Of a stretch of 64,000 nucleotides of DNA, positions 1-13,177 are shown piece by piece. The notes beneath the pieces were generated by a model. The model had not been told where the DNA came from, searched no databases, and worked only from the letters and a program-made list of their open reading frames with translations. The DNA is taken from NCBI GenBank assembly GCA_030141605.1, contig JAQGDQ010000019.1, positions 496,001-560,000 of the forward strand, written 5' to 3'. The first letter of the stretch is position 1. The number at the start of each line of letters is the position of its first letter. This DNA comes from Tubiluchus corallicola (lineage: Eukaryota > Animalia > Priapulida). The translations under genes were made by a program, and so were the position numbers.

Positions 1-1297
1 AATTTTAGTAATGATCCCTAATGTTACCTCGCCACTCACACACTGTAACAATTTTAACTTTTACCAAACTGATACACAGTTCTAAGGCTTCAGCAAAAGG
101 GTCAACTGCAGTAATGCTACGCAAACCTGCCAACTATTTTATGCTACCATTCTGTTGATAAGATATGCTGATAATAAAAAAAGTAATGGATCAGAATTCA
201 AAATGCCTGTTCATGTATGTGTGCTTCACTGACAATGCAATTTCAGCAAACCACAAACCATTTGCATTAATATCAAGCAAACCAATTTAATTACACTAAT
301 AAATAAACTTCTAGCAACACTGACAAAACAGAATGAAAGAATTAACAAATCACAAGTTTGGTGAAAACACTTAAGCAATAAATATCTCCATGAGATGTGC
401 CTCACTTTTAAGACAAAACATTCAACCATGATTTTAAATAATATTAAATTTCACGACAATTTTGATGCCCTTTGAAAAGATAATTAATAATTATTAAATA
501 CAACAACTCTATGTACAGTGTGCTTGTGCACCTCAAATTGATTCTATATAAATGTTTCATTCAAGATGACCCTATTCTGCCTAGAAAAAGCTTCAGCAAT
601 TATAAAACACGTACATGATTTATCCTACAAAACAGCTGTTTTGGTATTTCAATACACAGACAATAAATTAAGATTAAATAATGTTTGACAATTTCAGATT
701 CTGAAAATGGCAAAAGTTCTAATTACCTGAGAAACACAGGAATGTGCGACTGACATGCGTCATGTCACAGAAAAGGAAATGTAAAACTTGCACACAATTG
801 AATCCAGATTTAGATGTTCATCCTTTATATTTCTGAACGTTGTCAAATTAGTGCAACAAGGCTACGTTTGATGTTAAAAAATCTAGCAATTGAAACTGGG
901 CGATGGAGTCAACTACCTAGAGACTAACACTTGGGCCTGTGCGCAGAAATACAAACTGAAAATCATGTGATATGCGAAGGTCCTCAAACTGCTCATATTC
1001 GTCAAAACAAACCAGAAATAGACTTTACCAGTGCATTCTTTTTTTAAAGCTAATTATAAATCAGTGTGTTACGTGACGCAAGGGTGTAATTTTTGTTACA
1101 TGTTGGTTGTGTTTATATTTATGTGTCTCTTTATAACATTTGGTATTTAAGCCAAGATGATTTTTTGGATTGATTTTGCAATTTCAGGTTTCATTAATAT
1201 TTAGCAGGTTAAACAACAACTCAGATTAATTATTGAAGGAATGTACATAAGAGTAACTTAAATCAGATGAAAATGACCAAAGGGGTACTGAATGTTG

Positions 1298-4266
1298 TCA
1301 TACTAAAGGATCAGCTTGCAACACATTAAGAACATCGGATGATCTCCTTAACCAAACATCCTCAACTTCTTCTTCTTTGCTGTAAGGTGACGTGGATAAT
1401 TCACGTTCTTCATCAGCAAACAATAGTGTTGAGCTCGTGGGCACAGATGAACTTGCTGATGTTTCTTTATGGTGCAAAACCACCCCGGAATAACGAGGTT
1501 TGTAGCGATGGTGGTAGTGGTGATGGTGATGATGGTGGTGGTGGTGATGGTAGTGGTAGTGTGGTGATAAGCTCCTTTTTGACACATTCAGGGGTTCTAA
1601 TTCATGACTCTCGCTGCTCAGCGTTGTCACATGACTAGGGTTACCACCTAAAGCACAACTTGATGAACTTAAAGTTGATTCAGAAAAAGCTGCAGCATGA
1701 TAAACGGTTTTGTCAATGTGCCGAGGTGGAGTAGAACAGCACTCTAACTTAGGCCAATAAAATTGCAAAAAATCATTTTCTGGTCCTGCTAAAACCAAAA
1801 TTGATTGGAAAAGAAATGTTGCAAAAAGCCAACTAGCTGCCATAATAATGATGAGAAACAGTCCTAGCTGTTTGTAACCAAGAACGTTAGCTGGCAATAA
1901 AAATATTCCTGCCACAAAGGTGGTGAATGCAGCCAAGGCAACAGGGCTACCAATGCGACTAAGCGAAAATTTAACACAAGCTCTGCGATCATCTTTATCT
2001 GTGCAACATCGATAGGCAACACAGTAATGCAATGTTAAGTCTACAGCTAATCCTACAGCTACAGTTACTGTTGAAGATTCCAGAACATTCAACTTCCACC
2101 CAAGAGCAGTTAATGTTCCAATAGATATGAATATTATACACGTTATTACAAAAATAGCATAGACGCTAATCAGAACATTAAGAGTGGTTATGAAAAGAAC
2201 CAGAAAGGCAACGGCTAAGGCAACAGCAATTGCTGTCAAAGTTCCACGACTGAGATTGTGTTGAAGATCATAAAAGTCTAATGTGCTAATGAAAAAGCCA
2301 TTCTTCAGACCAGTGGGAGCATTTTTCAGCTGCTCTGAAACCCATGATTCAACATCTTCATAAAATGAATTCATCAACAAGTATTTGTAGGAAAATGAGT
2401 ATTTACTTTCAAATTCTAAGATCATTGCCTGGACATCGCCAGTTTTCATTAAGAAGCGAGGACCTGCTACTGATCGACTTGGTCTATACGTTGGTGTAAT
2501 CTGAAGAACTGTCATGTAATGTAAAAGGCACTCATCAAAGACACTTTTACTAAATGGGAAAGTTGACTTACGACAACAGTTTCCATTATCAGATCCATCA
2601 GGAGCTATGCAAGGCCTATGCATCCACTTGGTAAAATTTTCTAAAAAGCAATCTGTCAAGTGTGGACCAATTGTTGGCTTAAAAAAACTCTGATTACGTA
2701 AATGAGTGCAAAAATTGAGTATCCATTTTTGAGACTCTGGTGCCATAATGTCAAATGATTTATCCAATGAAAGAGTTCCTATGCTGTAAGGGTTAAGGTG
2801 GTCCCCATTGTCTGTCGCCTCAATACCAAAAATTATTCGAATTGGCAGACCCCATTTGATTTTATTCTCTTCAGTTTTTTCAAACCAAAACATGTCCCTG
2901 AATTTCACATCATACAATTCCAGTGGATTCACAGACTGAAAACACTGGAAGTAGTCAACGTCAGGTAAACTTAATTTAGGACGATAAAACACAGCAATGC
3001 AGCCACAGGCAGCCAACCCTATAAACGTACTCAACCACAAGAATCTTAGTTTTATCACAATATAGGGCAAGAACTTGTCAAAAACATGTTTAGAATACTG
3101 ATGTAAACATTTCTGCAATGAGTGGAATGGTTTAGCAACCAGCATTAGATAATAACAGATATGGTCTTTTGATGTGTAAGAGGCAAAATGGCAACATACG
3201 CTAAATGTAGCACACCACTTGTCATGTATGACGATACATGCCGGCAACCACGTCACCATGAAAAAAAAGTTTATTAATACAGCAGTGCCAGCAAAAATGC
3301 TGAAACACTTCAAAGCAGTAATGTTACTTACATAACTGCCATATAAGGCAGCGGCTGTGGTGAGCGAACTGACAAACATGGACAGAGCAGCATGATTAAG
3401 GGTGTCGGAAATTACTTTGTCGAGCAATCCATTATCTTTTTGTCCCTTTGCGCAGGCCCACACTTTTACATAAATGAATACATCATCGGCTCCTACAGCT
3501 ACCACAAGAATGATGGCCAATAAGTTAATAAAGGGAAAAAAGACGAATTCAAAAATCATGCTGTAGAAAAAATAAGCTATAACAATAGAGAATAACATGG
3601 AAAGAGTCATCATAAGTGTAATAAATAATGATCGAGTATACAACCACATGAGTACGACCACACTACCAGAAGCCAAACCTAGATAAACTGTGTCTAATTT
3701 GAGGTATTCTTGAAACAGTTCATATTTTAATCCAAAATGCATAGCCACAGTCGATAGCAAATCATGATGGAGGGCCTCACTAGGAATGCTTTTATAAAAA
3801 TCTTTTACCCCACTTCCTGTTACCATTGGCAAATACATCACTGCATATGTCAGTTGCTCCACTGCAGAAATTGTGTCCAAGAAATAAATGTCTGTAACAT
3901 AATGTAGTACTTCAAACGCTATGCTACATGACCTAGGCACACCACTGCATCCATTTTGGTAACAATCAGCATCCAATGATCCATTGTGGTAGTATTCAGC
4001 GCAAGATATCACAAGAGATTTTAATGAGCTCACATCAGTATTGTCTATATCTATGCAGGATGACTTCCCGCTGTAAGCAGCTACATAATTTGCTAAGGTC
4101 CATGATGGGCAGCACTCATCATTAGTGGCAAGTATGCACACATTGGCAAAGGTTGGCAAAGAACGTAAAAATAAATCGAACTGGCACATGGAAAGCAATG
4201 GGTCTAGAGAAAATAAATCCTCACTACCGGAAACTCCCTGGACAACTATCCGACTGTATTGAACAC
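1298..4266 (-). CDS. disp: Dispatched homolog, large terminal coding exon (rest of ECD1, sterol-sensing domain, ECD2, TM7-12, C-tail)
   Basis: About 990 codons open. Motifs include FPFINLLAIILVVAVGADDVF (SSD/TM4), HAALSMFVSSLTTAAA, FGIEATDNGDHLNP and GWKLNVLES..AVGLAVDLTLHY (TM10). Acceptor ttgcttgttacag|GT at 4267/4266 is phase 1, matching the upstream exon. Stop TGA at 1300-1298. Confidence 0.97.
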
Positions 4267-4758
4267 CTGTAACAAGCAAATAAACATAATTATGTACAAT
4301 TATATAAAAAAGTGCAAGACTTAGGCTTATAGCAGGTACTCAGTCGCATTAAATTTCTTTCACAAAAATTATTTATAAGAAATTATCTTTTTTTCTTTAC
4401 TCCGTGTTAAGAAACATCTTTAGTGGAAAATTATCGAGGAAGTTCCTTAACTCAAGACAATGACTGTGGCCAATACGGATTGCAGCTAGGACTAAGTGGA
4501 GCTTCTGGTAGGAAAAGAATGCCTGCCCATGGTCCAGCTTGAAAATGCTGCACTGGAATCTCAGTCAGAATCTAAAGCTTTTCTTAAAACTTTACAAATT
4601 GGCTTTCAAATAAATTGCAATGTGGTCTTATTCAAAGTTGCATTTTCCCATTTTGACAATGTGAAATTGCACGGTAATAATCTATCATTACTTTACTATT
4701 AATCATCTCAGCACAACGTACAAGTGAAATGGGTGTTGGCAGCCTCTGCACTTGTTAC

Positions 4759-5480
4759 TAGGAGTGAGCATCGAACATTCGAATTTGATTCAAGCAAAGT
4801 TTTTTATTCGAATTTGATTCGAACCTCAAATTATGAGTTCGACTAATTCAGCTCCCCAATTACTTTATTTCTTTGTCATTACAACATTTGAAATATCATG
4901 CTGTCAGAACAATTTAGTTGCAATTTTATGCAGTATGTTTTAACGAGTGATTACTAGTTTTTACCCTAGAACAAAAGCAATACACGTGACCTTTGCGAGC
5001 TGCTGCAAAACGAAAGCAAGTAATGAGAGTGGCAATGTGGTTGGAATCGGCAATCGTCTGTAGTCTGCATTGCCGATCGTATTACAGTAATTTAGAAAAT
5101 ATTTGTTTTGTTAGCATGGCCTGTAGAAGCAAGTACTTATTTGGTATCCTTTAAGTTTGATGACTTATCAGAGACAACTTGCAAGACGTGTGACTAAACA
5201 TACGTTTTAAGACGTGCACACAACTAATCTGAAACGTATCGCTTAAAAAACATTAAGTAGAAATAGATTCATTTGATTACTATAGATTACAGCGATTCTT
5301 AATTTTAGCTACAAAAATGAGTCTACACAAGCAATGCTACACACAAGGCTCTTCATTATTTCAGAACTAAAGTGAGTTTTTTCTGCATTTATTACTTTTA
5401 TTACTGACTCTAAATTCATTCAAATATCTTTAATACCGAATTTGAATATTCGGATTTCTGGCAGTATTTGCTTACTCCTA
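4759..5480. mobile_element. Non-autonomous hAT-superfamily element (MITE) in the last Disp intron
   Basis: Perfect 8-bp TSD cttgttac (4751-4758 and 5481-5488). TIRs TAGGAGTGAGCA / TGCTTACTCCTA match 11/12. Subterminal TTCGAA-like repeats. Confidence 0.85.
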
Positions 5481-5771
5481 CTTGTTACAGCTCAACTAAA
5501 CTAAGGAAAATTAGCAGTGGCCAAGCTTGTAAAACTGGGAAAAGTTTTCTAAGGTTGCTTAAAGACAGACGCCATTTTCATTAGTTTAGTACATTCTCTG
5601 AACAGCATTCCACCCACTGCGACATATAGTAACTAATGCTGTCCATGCAAAACTTAGAAATATACAAAATAAATCACAAAATTTAGTTCAAACTCTAAAG
5701 TTTAATAATCCATAACTATTATTACATAGTTTGAAAATCACATACAATAATACCAAACTTAAAATACATAC

Positions 5772-6003
5772 CTGGTGAGCCGTCGCACAGAAAACTTGTA
5801 TGATTTCCATCAGCGCTACGTCGACTGCGCTTAGGCCACCAGGTTGTCTTGTTGATTTCGTGCGATCGGGCAGTAAAAGTATCATGAATAAGCTTTGGCG
5901 GAATGACTGACAGTAGATCATTATTTGTATTACCCGTAGCATCAATAAGGTTTTGGTACGTAATAAGGCGGTTGCTGATTGTTGTGTGCCTGGTCTCAAA
6001 ACC
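5772..6003 (-). CDS. disp: Dispatched coding exon 3 (GFETRHTTISNRLITYQNL...WWPKRSRRS...SFLCDGSP)
   Basis: Acceptor tgtttcag| and donor CAG|gtatgt. 232 nt, phase 0 to phase 1. Matches the Disp motifs GFE(P/T)RGT and FxC..P...YSRxV across the junction. Confidence 0.93.
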
Positions 6004-6874
6004 CTGAAACAGTATCAGTTGCTCTTAGTGTAAGATACGTAAGCCAATCTATAGATTAGTCTATAGGTGTTCTTGGCTTTAAAAAGCAAATGTCAAACAA
6101 AAAATTGTTTGGGTCACGAAACAGAATGCAAGAAAGTGTCTGAGTACATTTCCAGAAAATTTGACCCTTAGAAATAAATTACTCTGTGGTCATATTAAGT
6201 GCAAAATTTTTACAAACATATATAAACATACACAAAGTATATACTATAATTAGCTGCATTTATAAAAGAATTACTTAATAGTTACTGATTTAAGCATACT
6301 ACCATACATTTTTACCATACTAAAAACCACTTTCAAAAAAGTTAATTTTTCCAATAACAAGTTTTAGCTAAAGGGCATAAATATTTAATTCTCAAGGCAG
6401 TATCATTGATCATTTACAGGTACATTACTTCAGTGCATATAATGCATTCTTAACTTTTTGGTATAACATGGCCATGAGATTAACTCATGGTTTGTAACCT
6501 ACAAAACAAGCATAAGTCAGCTGTTTGCACTGTACAAGAACCAAGTCAATACTGGCACCTTTTGCATTCAGATCATAAGAAAGTTAAAAGTACATATATT
6601 CTATAAAAGTACATATATCTGCATTGCTTCTGACCATTTTTGTTTGACAGCTGACAAACTCGTTTTCAGTTCGAATTAGAATTGCCAACGCCAGGAAGCA
6701 TATACAAACTGCTAAAGGAACTGTTTGCAATTACATATTATCATCATTCTGCTACTGCTGCTACCAATCTTAAATCTTTAAACAATGCAGAAATCAGATT
6801 TGTTCGACTCAGAAGACCCACTGACTCAAGGAAGTAAAAATTAGTAGGCAAAATAAAATTCCTAAAATGCTTAC

Positions 6875-6998
6875 CACAGAAGGATCATCAAACTGAGGCA
6901 ATGAGCGAGCACTAAAGGCAATGACAAGGCACGTAACAGACACCAGCGCCACCACTAGCACCACAACATATGGGTAGTGTGCCAACAGCCGGGAATAA
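6875..6998 (-). CDS. disp: Dispatched coding exon 2 (TM1: YSRLLAHYPYVVVLVVALVSVTCLVIAFSARSLPQFDDPSV)
   Basis: Acceptor ttttattatag| and donor GTG|gtaagc. 124 nt. Hydrophobic TM1 followed by LPxFxDP, joining in frame to GFETR as in Disp LPDFSDPxxGFE. Confidence 0.93.
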
Positions 6999-7693
6999 CT
7001 ATAATAAAAATTTCTCAGGAATTAACAACTAGAACAATTGCTAAATGATGAAATGTAATGCTGATCTGAGCTGTTGCTATGCATTTGTTATGGAAAAAAG
7101 CTCATTTACAAACTATAATCACTAAAAATTCTTTCTAGCTTAACTAGAATTTCTATTTTCTAGTAGTATTTCTATAGTAGTACTTCTACATACTTCTAGT
7201 AGTAGCGCCACTTTAAATGTTTAAAAGGGAAGCTGAAATACCTGATAAGCACATTACTAAGTGGTTAACTAGGCAACAAAAATAAAAACCAAACCTGTTT
7301 TGATTTTTATAGGTACATACACAACAGCAATATAAAGAGAGTCAGCAAAATTAACTTAAACGTTAAACAGGTTCCTAGACGTTATTGTTCTAACTTTAAT
7401 TTTAGTCTAAAATTCCAACATCATTCTGAAAATGCACTTTTTCAAATTGGAGATGCGAGATGGCGATGCAATAAAGAAACATGATGCGCTAAAGGAAGAA
7501 CTCTGGAAAAACTATTAACATCTGCATCTTATACCACTATTATGCATAAACTCAAAAATTAAGTGTAATTGATTCGCTCTCATTCTTCACTGCCATTGTG
7601 TATGTAAATAAAAATTATCACTTGAACACAAATATCAGACAAACAAGAACAAAACGAGATTGTGATAGTGCTCATTTTATGACACACACATAC

Positions 7694-7701
7694 CAATTCA
7701 T
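7694..7701 (-). CDS. disp: Dispatched start-codon segment (ATG AAT TG|) at the 3' end of a 90-nt exon, 7783-7694
   Basis: Acceptor aatttcag| at 7784/7783 and donor TTG|gtatgt. Its phase-2 end completes the T of exon 2, giving M-N-C-Y-S-R-L-L, reminiscent of Drosophila Disp MNWY..VLA..PY. In-frame TGA and TAG lie upstream in the same exon. Confidence 0.75.
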
Positions 7702-10700
7702 CCTTGTACAGGATGCACTAGGATGCTGATGAAGACGAAAACACCCGTAATGTCTGGCACACAAACCCTAATACCAGCATCATCTGAAATTATATGTTAT
7801 ATCAAATAATAAATTATTTCCGTACAATAAGTCAACACATAGAGAGAGGATAGACAAGAACTTACAAGTATCTTACTAAAACGACTATCTTTTCTATTGA
7901 AACAGTACTTTCTCCAGTAAAATGTAACAATTTCTTGTCTCATAAACATGGGTGTAGCTGAGGCCCATTTCACACAAAGCATGCAAGGAAAATGACGCAT
8001 GGATTTGTTGTCAGAAAAATTTCAGAAAAAAATCTATTTTCTGCAATAATGTGCTGCAAGAAAGTTCATTTCACACAAAATCATGCGGTTTTTACACACA
8101 TCCAGCTAACTTCAGCATTCAATGAATTTATAGATTGCAATTTATACTAACTATTATAATTAATAAGTTTAATCAATAGTAGACCTGATCATTTTTAGAT
8201 CAGCCAGTCACCACTTCACAGTTTGTGAAGGTAAACATATAATAATTATATGCACATGTTATTTGTTTTCACTAAAATTTTTACGGAATATAATAATTAC
8301 TGTTGCATTAATAAAAGAGAAAATCGTTTAAATAGTAAAAGGTCCTTTAAAAACTTATATTTTTTACTGACACACGTCAACTGTTGTTTAATTGTTGTTT
8401 GAGAAACAAGAATGCAGTAATTAAGCACAAATTTCAATGTGAAAAATCCTCGTAAAACTGGACAAGCAGCATTTCTACCAAGTGGCACATTTCTTCTAAG
8501 GAGGAAGATGCATAGCTTCTAGTTGGCAGAATAATTATTGATGAGGAATTCCTTATGAGTGAAATGCACCACAGAAAAAAATTTGTTCCATTTTCCTGAG
8601 GAATGCCACAAGGAATTTTTGCTCAAGGAATTTTGAAGCACATCCTCACCGTGAATTGGAGCTAATGGATACAAAGAAGAAATGAAAATAAAAAAAACAA
8701 AAGTGCAATTGCTGAAATGATTATTTAAACCAAACTATCAAACCAATGATTTAAGTTAGCACCTGAAGGGCACTGTACTACTAGGTCTTCTAGGATTACA
8801 TAAATGATACCGGTTTCGCAAGTGCTGACCTGTCCTTACTGGTGTCAGACTTCAATTCACTGCTAAAGCACTTAGCTCTCAGATAACAATCGAAATTTCA
8901 GAACCCCACATGTCGTAAGTAGGCAAGAAATTTAAAATCTGAAATAAAGTAAATAGTAAAAATGTTGATGTACAAAACAATTTATTACAATATAATTTCA
9001 TTAAATTGTGGAAAACAGTTGTAATCTTTGACAGTATTTTCCATAGTTGTCAATGTAAGATACCTTCACAAAATACATGTGCTTACGAAACTTCTGATAT
9101 TTCAAACATTAAACTTAGTGCAATGCTGACAATTACTGCATATTACATGACAGTGCATCACTTATGACTTGCATCTGCCTCATAACCATATAAAAATATA
9201 TTGATGATCAAATGAAAAATGTAAACAAACTGTTAGCTCTGGCACAGACATGCACAAGTGAAAATTGCAACATTTTACCTGAGTACCAAATACTGGCATG
9301 CATTACTTTAAGAACAAAAACTGCATGAAAAGTAAATAAATGGAAGCGCCCATATAGTTAAGACTCAAAATCTATATATAATGTTGTTTAGCATTTTATC
9401 TGTTCACGTGAAAAAGCTAAATTATTTATTTCAAAATTTATAGTTCATGTCCTCGGGATGGGGTAAAGTCCGTAAATCTTCTTTCTAAAGCAAGTACAAT
9501 GGACTCGTGGGGCACTGGAGTATAGGAGCTTGAGTGACCGACCAGGAGTATAATTATAACTATAATAAGTGGTAGAAGTGTCTGTCATTGCGAAAGGTCG
9601 CAGTAGTAAAAAATCAGCAGTGGGCAGTAGATCGAAATGTGTTAATCATTTGTATTAAGATGGGTTTCCGAATTTGTCACTGAATCTCTTAAAAGCTGAT
9701 AGCAAATGCAATAAAAATGATTTACCTAATTAATTTGTTTTACTTTTCTCTCCAAATGTTGCATGTTCAACAGTGCCTCTTCAAAAGACACTGCTTTCTT
9801 CTTACGCTTAACTATTGCATTTGGCTAAAACTTGCACAATTAAAAATTGCAACTCTCACTGACTGCACAGTACAAAACAGTTGTGCAACTAAAACATGTC
9901 TGTGCACCCTCATAGACTTCAGTTTTAGAACTTTTTAGCTGGAACTGCAACTGGAATGGGTAACATGAGCACTGTACACTGTTTACACTGTATGGAATGG
10001 AAGATATTTCTTGACACTGCCTTTGTTTCAAGATCATAAGTGTGCATTTGTTGAATTCACCACATGCAATGAAATCAGAACTTGTTACTATGAAACCTTG
10101 ATTTAGACCTTTAGACAGGGAACTGAAGGTCTACGTATTGCCTTTAGTGAATTCGTCGTGGTTGATTACATAAGAATTGAATTTTGTTTCGATGATATCG
10201 GAACTTAGGTCAGGGATCGGCCAAACTTGAGCCAATATATACCATTTAATTTGTTTCATCAAAGCCTTTCAGTTGATATGCTACAAACTACGTTTTCTCA
10301 ACACTGGCAAAATGTCTGTACCCATCCGCCCAGCTTCGGGATAATTAGCCCATAGCGAAAACTTGTCCAACATCCAAAAGACCCATATTTAGCCATTTGC
10401 AAGAACACGACACCACTTAGCCACTCACAAAATAATATGGTCCTAGTTCAAAAATTGTAGGAGGAGACAGAGCCAAACAAAAAATTACAATTGATGCAAG
10501 GTCACTGTTTGCTATTTCAGTGTCTGAGTCCGTGCTCCAGGTACCTACCATGCAAGTTTCCTGACTCCAACTTGTTTACTTTCCAGTTTTTGACAAAACC
10601 CTGTTTTAACACATTTGCGGATGTCACATGACCTAACCATGCTAATTTTCTAAAAAATGCTTAATGCACATCTACCATGATCACTTTTGGCTACTCTCAC

Positions 10701-11944
10701 ATGCAACAACATAGGCTCCTGTCTACTTATGACTTTAATGCTGTAAGAAGAGTTGAATGACAAATCCATTTGTCTTAAATTTTACATTACCACATTTATC
10801 ACTGTGACCCTTGGCCCAGATGTAACTGTTTCCATACTATTCTCCAAAAACCTATTTCAAATGCCTACGCTGCAAGTTTGGTGATTCTAGCACTTTATAC
10901 TTATATAAAGATATTGACATAATCCCATTTTAATATTTTTGCTCATGTCACCTCCCACCTTTCGAAAAGTACATCCACACTAAACCTGGCTACATATGTG
11001 TGCAAAAACAATGGTGACTCCAACACTGTAAAAGGAGTTAAGTGACAAAGCCGTTTGCCCCAATTTTCGCATTTTGGTTCTTATCTCGGGCTCTTAAAGA
11101 ATCCCAGCTTTTTAACATTAGTATTCTACTGCCAAAGATTATTTTCGTTTGAAAAATAAAAAAATCTTTCATAAAAAATCAAACAGAAGACAAAAAAATC
11201 AAAACTAAACAGAACTGACTAAAATTGGGCAAAAGTTTTCATTTCTGGTTTTTACTGTAGAATAAGTCATACAGTAAAAGACGTATCAAACTAGAAACTC
11301 AAAGTAATTATGTGCGAACAGCACTTCTATTACCATCTATTCTATGGTCTATGCCACAGAGGTCGCATAGTTAACCTGAAAAAGAAGGAAACTAGTTTAG
11401 TTAAAAATAATCACACTGCATTCTCATTTTCGAGCTATATTCGATTACAAGTTCATCAACATGGGATGTCTCCGTTTGACATTTACACAATTATGATGAA
11501 AATACATTACATGCATTTAGAGTCAATGTGACTTTCTTTAAATTAGCTTCATCAGTTCAGACATTGTGCCAGAATCTGTTATCCAGTCAGGCAAAATAAC
11601 TGATTCGAGAGTGACTTAGCAGGTAGTGTGAAGAAAGCTAGAATGAAGTAGATTCCAAAGGTTTGCTTATTAAACTCTGTCAAGTGCCACTTGAAGTGCA
11701 TAGTAACCGGTATTTCAAATTTTCCAAATGTCAGTGAGGAAGTTGAAAATGTTGCCTGAGCAGTTAGCCAAGTTGTTAGCAACAAGTGTAAAGATTATTC
11801 TTTGTGACTGCAGAGAGGCTTATCATCAAAAATACACCATAAAAATTACTGCTCAGCGATTATGATACGATGAATGATAATATCGAATACTGTAATATTT
11901 TTATCGCTATCAGTTACATTAAACCCATCAACTGCTCTTAAATG

Positions 11945-12095
11945 CAATTGATGCATTGCAATCTGTAAGCTGAGTGAAAGTTATAATCACCTAATTTACC
12001 CTATGTGAGTGGGCTGCCATCCCTACAGTACACACTAACGTAGTATAACTATGTACTCACAATTGATAACAATTATAGGCCGATATATCGAAAAA
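11945..12095 (+). repeat. Diverged direct repeat, copy 1 (copy 2 at about 13178-13314)
   Basis: Both copies share aattgatgcattgcaatctgta..gaaagtta..aatc.cctaattt...ataactatgtactca...gataacaatta.ag.ccgat.tatcgaaaa. Confidence 0.75.
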
Positions 12096-12203
12096 AATGA
12101 ATTCACTAAGCCAGCAAGTTCCCGACATGGTTGCCTGCAGTATAAAATTGCTATCGTGATTTTCTAAATGACGATATGTAATACTGACGGTAATAATGGT
12201 GTG

Positions 12204-12674
12204 CGGTAAAAATGGCACAGGAAAAAATGGCACGATAAGAATGTCTCAGTAAAAAACGGCACAAATGGAAAAGTAGGTAAAAATAGCACATGGAAAAAAT
12301 GGCGCATATTGTTTAAATGCAATTGATTTGTATACTAAAACTAGAAATGCATTTAGTAGGAAGCATATCTCTGTGAAACCCGAACTTATTTTAGCCCCCT
12401 ACGCCCGCCTTATTCACACAGCAAATGTCCTGGCAATAAAGTAGTTTTTGCGTAATAAGCTTAACGCTACGACAGACAAAAAAACAACCACCAAACTAAC
12501 AAAAACACAACTTCCTTGGCACAGCAAACAATAACTTAAATTATTAGCTCTATAATAACCTTAAACCTAAACCCATAATTTGCTATGTGTGCCATTTTTT
12601 CTTGTGCCATTTTTACCTGTACCATTTTACCTACTTTTTCACTTATGCCATTTTTTCCTGTGCCATTTTTACCG
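12204..12674. mobile_element. Foldback/MITE-like element built from AAAAATGGCAC modules, with a nested Helentron-like (HINE-type) insert at about 12338-12530
   Basis: Inverted termini cggtaaaaatggcacaggaaaaaatggca / tgccattttttcctgtgccatttttaccg and an internal aaccttaaacctaaaccc motif. The insert starts AACTAGA and ends gtagtttttgcgtaa..gacagacaaa..aacacaacttccttggc, which resembles widespread HINE-like repeats. Confidence 0.7.
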
Positions 12675-13177
12675 TTCTATTTCTTCTTGTGGAATTCCTA
12701 CCTGTGCCAATTTTACGTACATTCCTGACGACATTACTCCTTTTTTTATTCATTTGCTGCTTTAGTTTTCGAGTTTTTATTTCAGTTTTTTAAAGGCGCT
12801 AGATGAGTCTGAAAGAAATGGAATTTTTCCAAGTGCTTAAAGTTAAACGATGCTGACCCAGACGACAAATTCCACTGCCTTCGCAATTTCTTTCACAAGT
12901 GCTTAGAGTTTAAATGTCTGAGGTTGGTGTTTTTTTATTGTGGCACTTGTTTGTTACTATATGCTAGCTGAAGAGGTGAGTGAAAATTGAAAACCCGCTA
13001 CTAGTGTCCTATATCTGTTATTAATTATCAGATACATTAACATTTTGCTTAATATCGGCTTATTTTTACCTGCTTAAAGGTGCTAGACAACTAACCTTCA
13101 GACGACCTCAACTTGCTGCGCTCCATTGTTGAACACTCAAGCCTGGTTAGCCAGTTTGAGCTGATGCAAATTGATGA

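Noticed and set aside
1339-1638. Overlapping ORFs with Gly/Asp or poly-Thr runs
   Set aside because: Shadow frames of the Disp poly-His region.
4267-4279. ORF-track start (TTG at 4279) of the 993-aa ORF
   Set aside because: It lies in the intron's acceptor region. The real N-terminus comes from three upstream exons.
5688-5999. 103-aa minus-strand ORF
   Set aside because: Wrong-frame reading of Disp exon 3 running into the intron.
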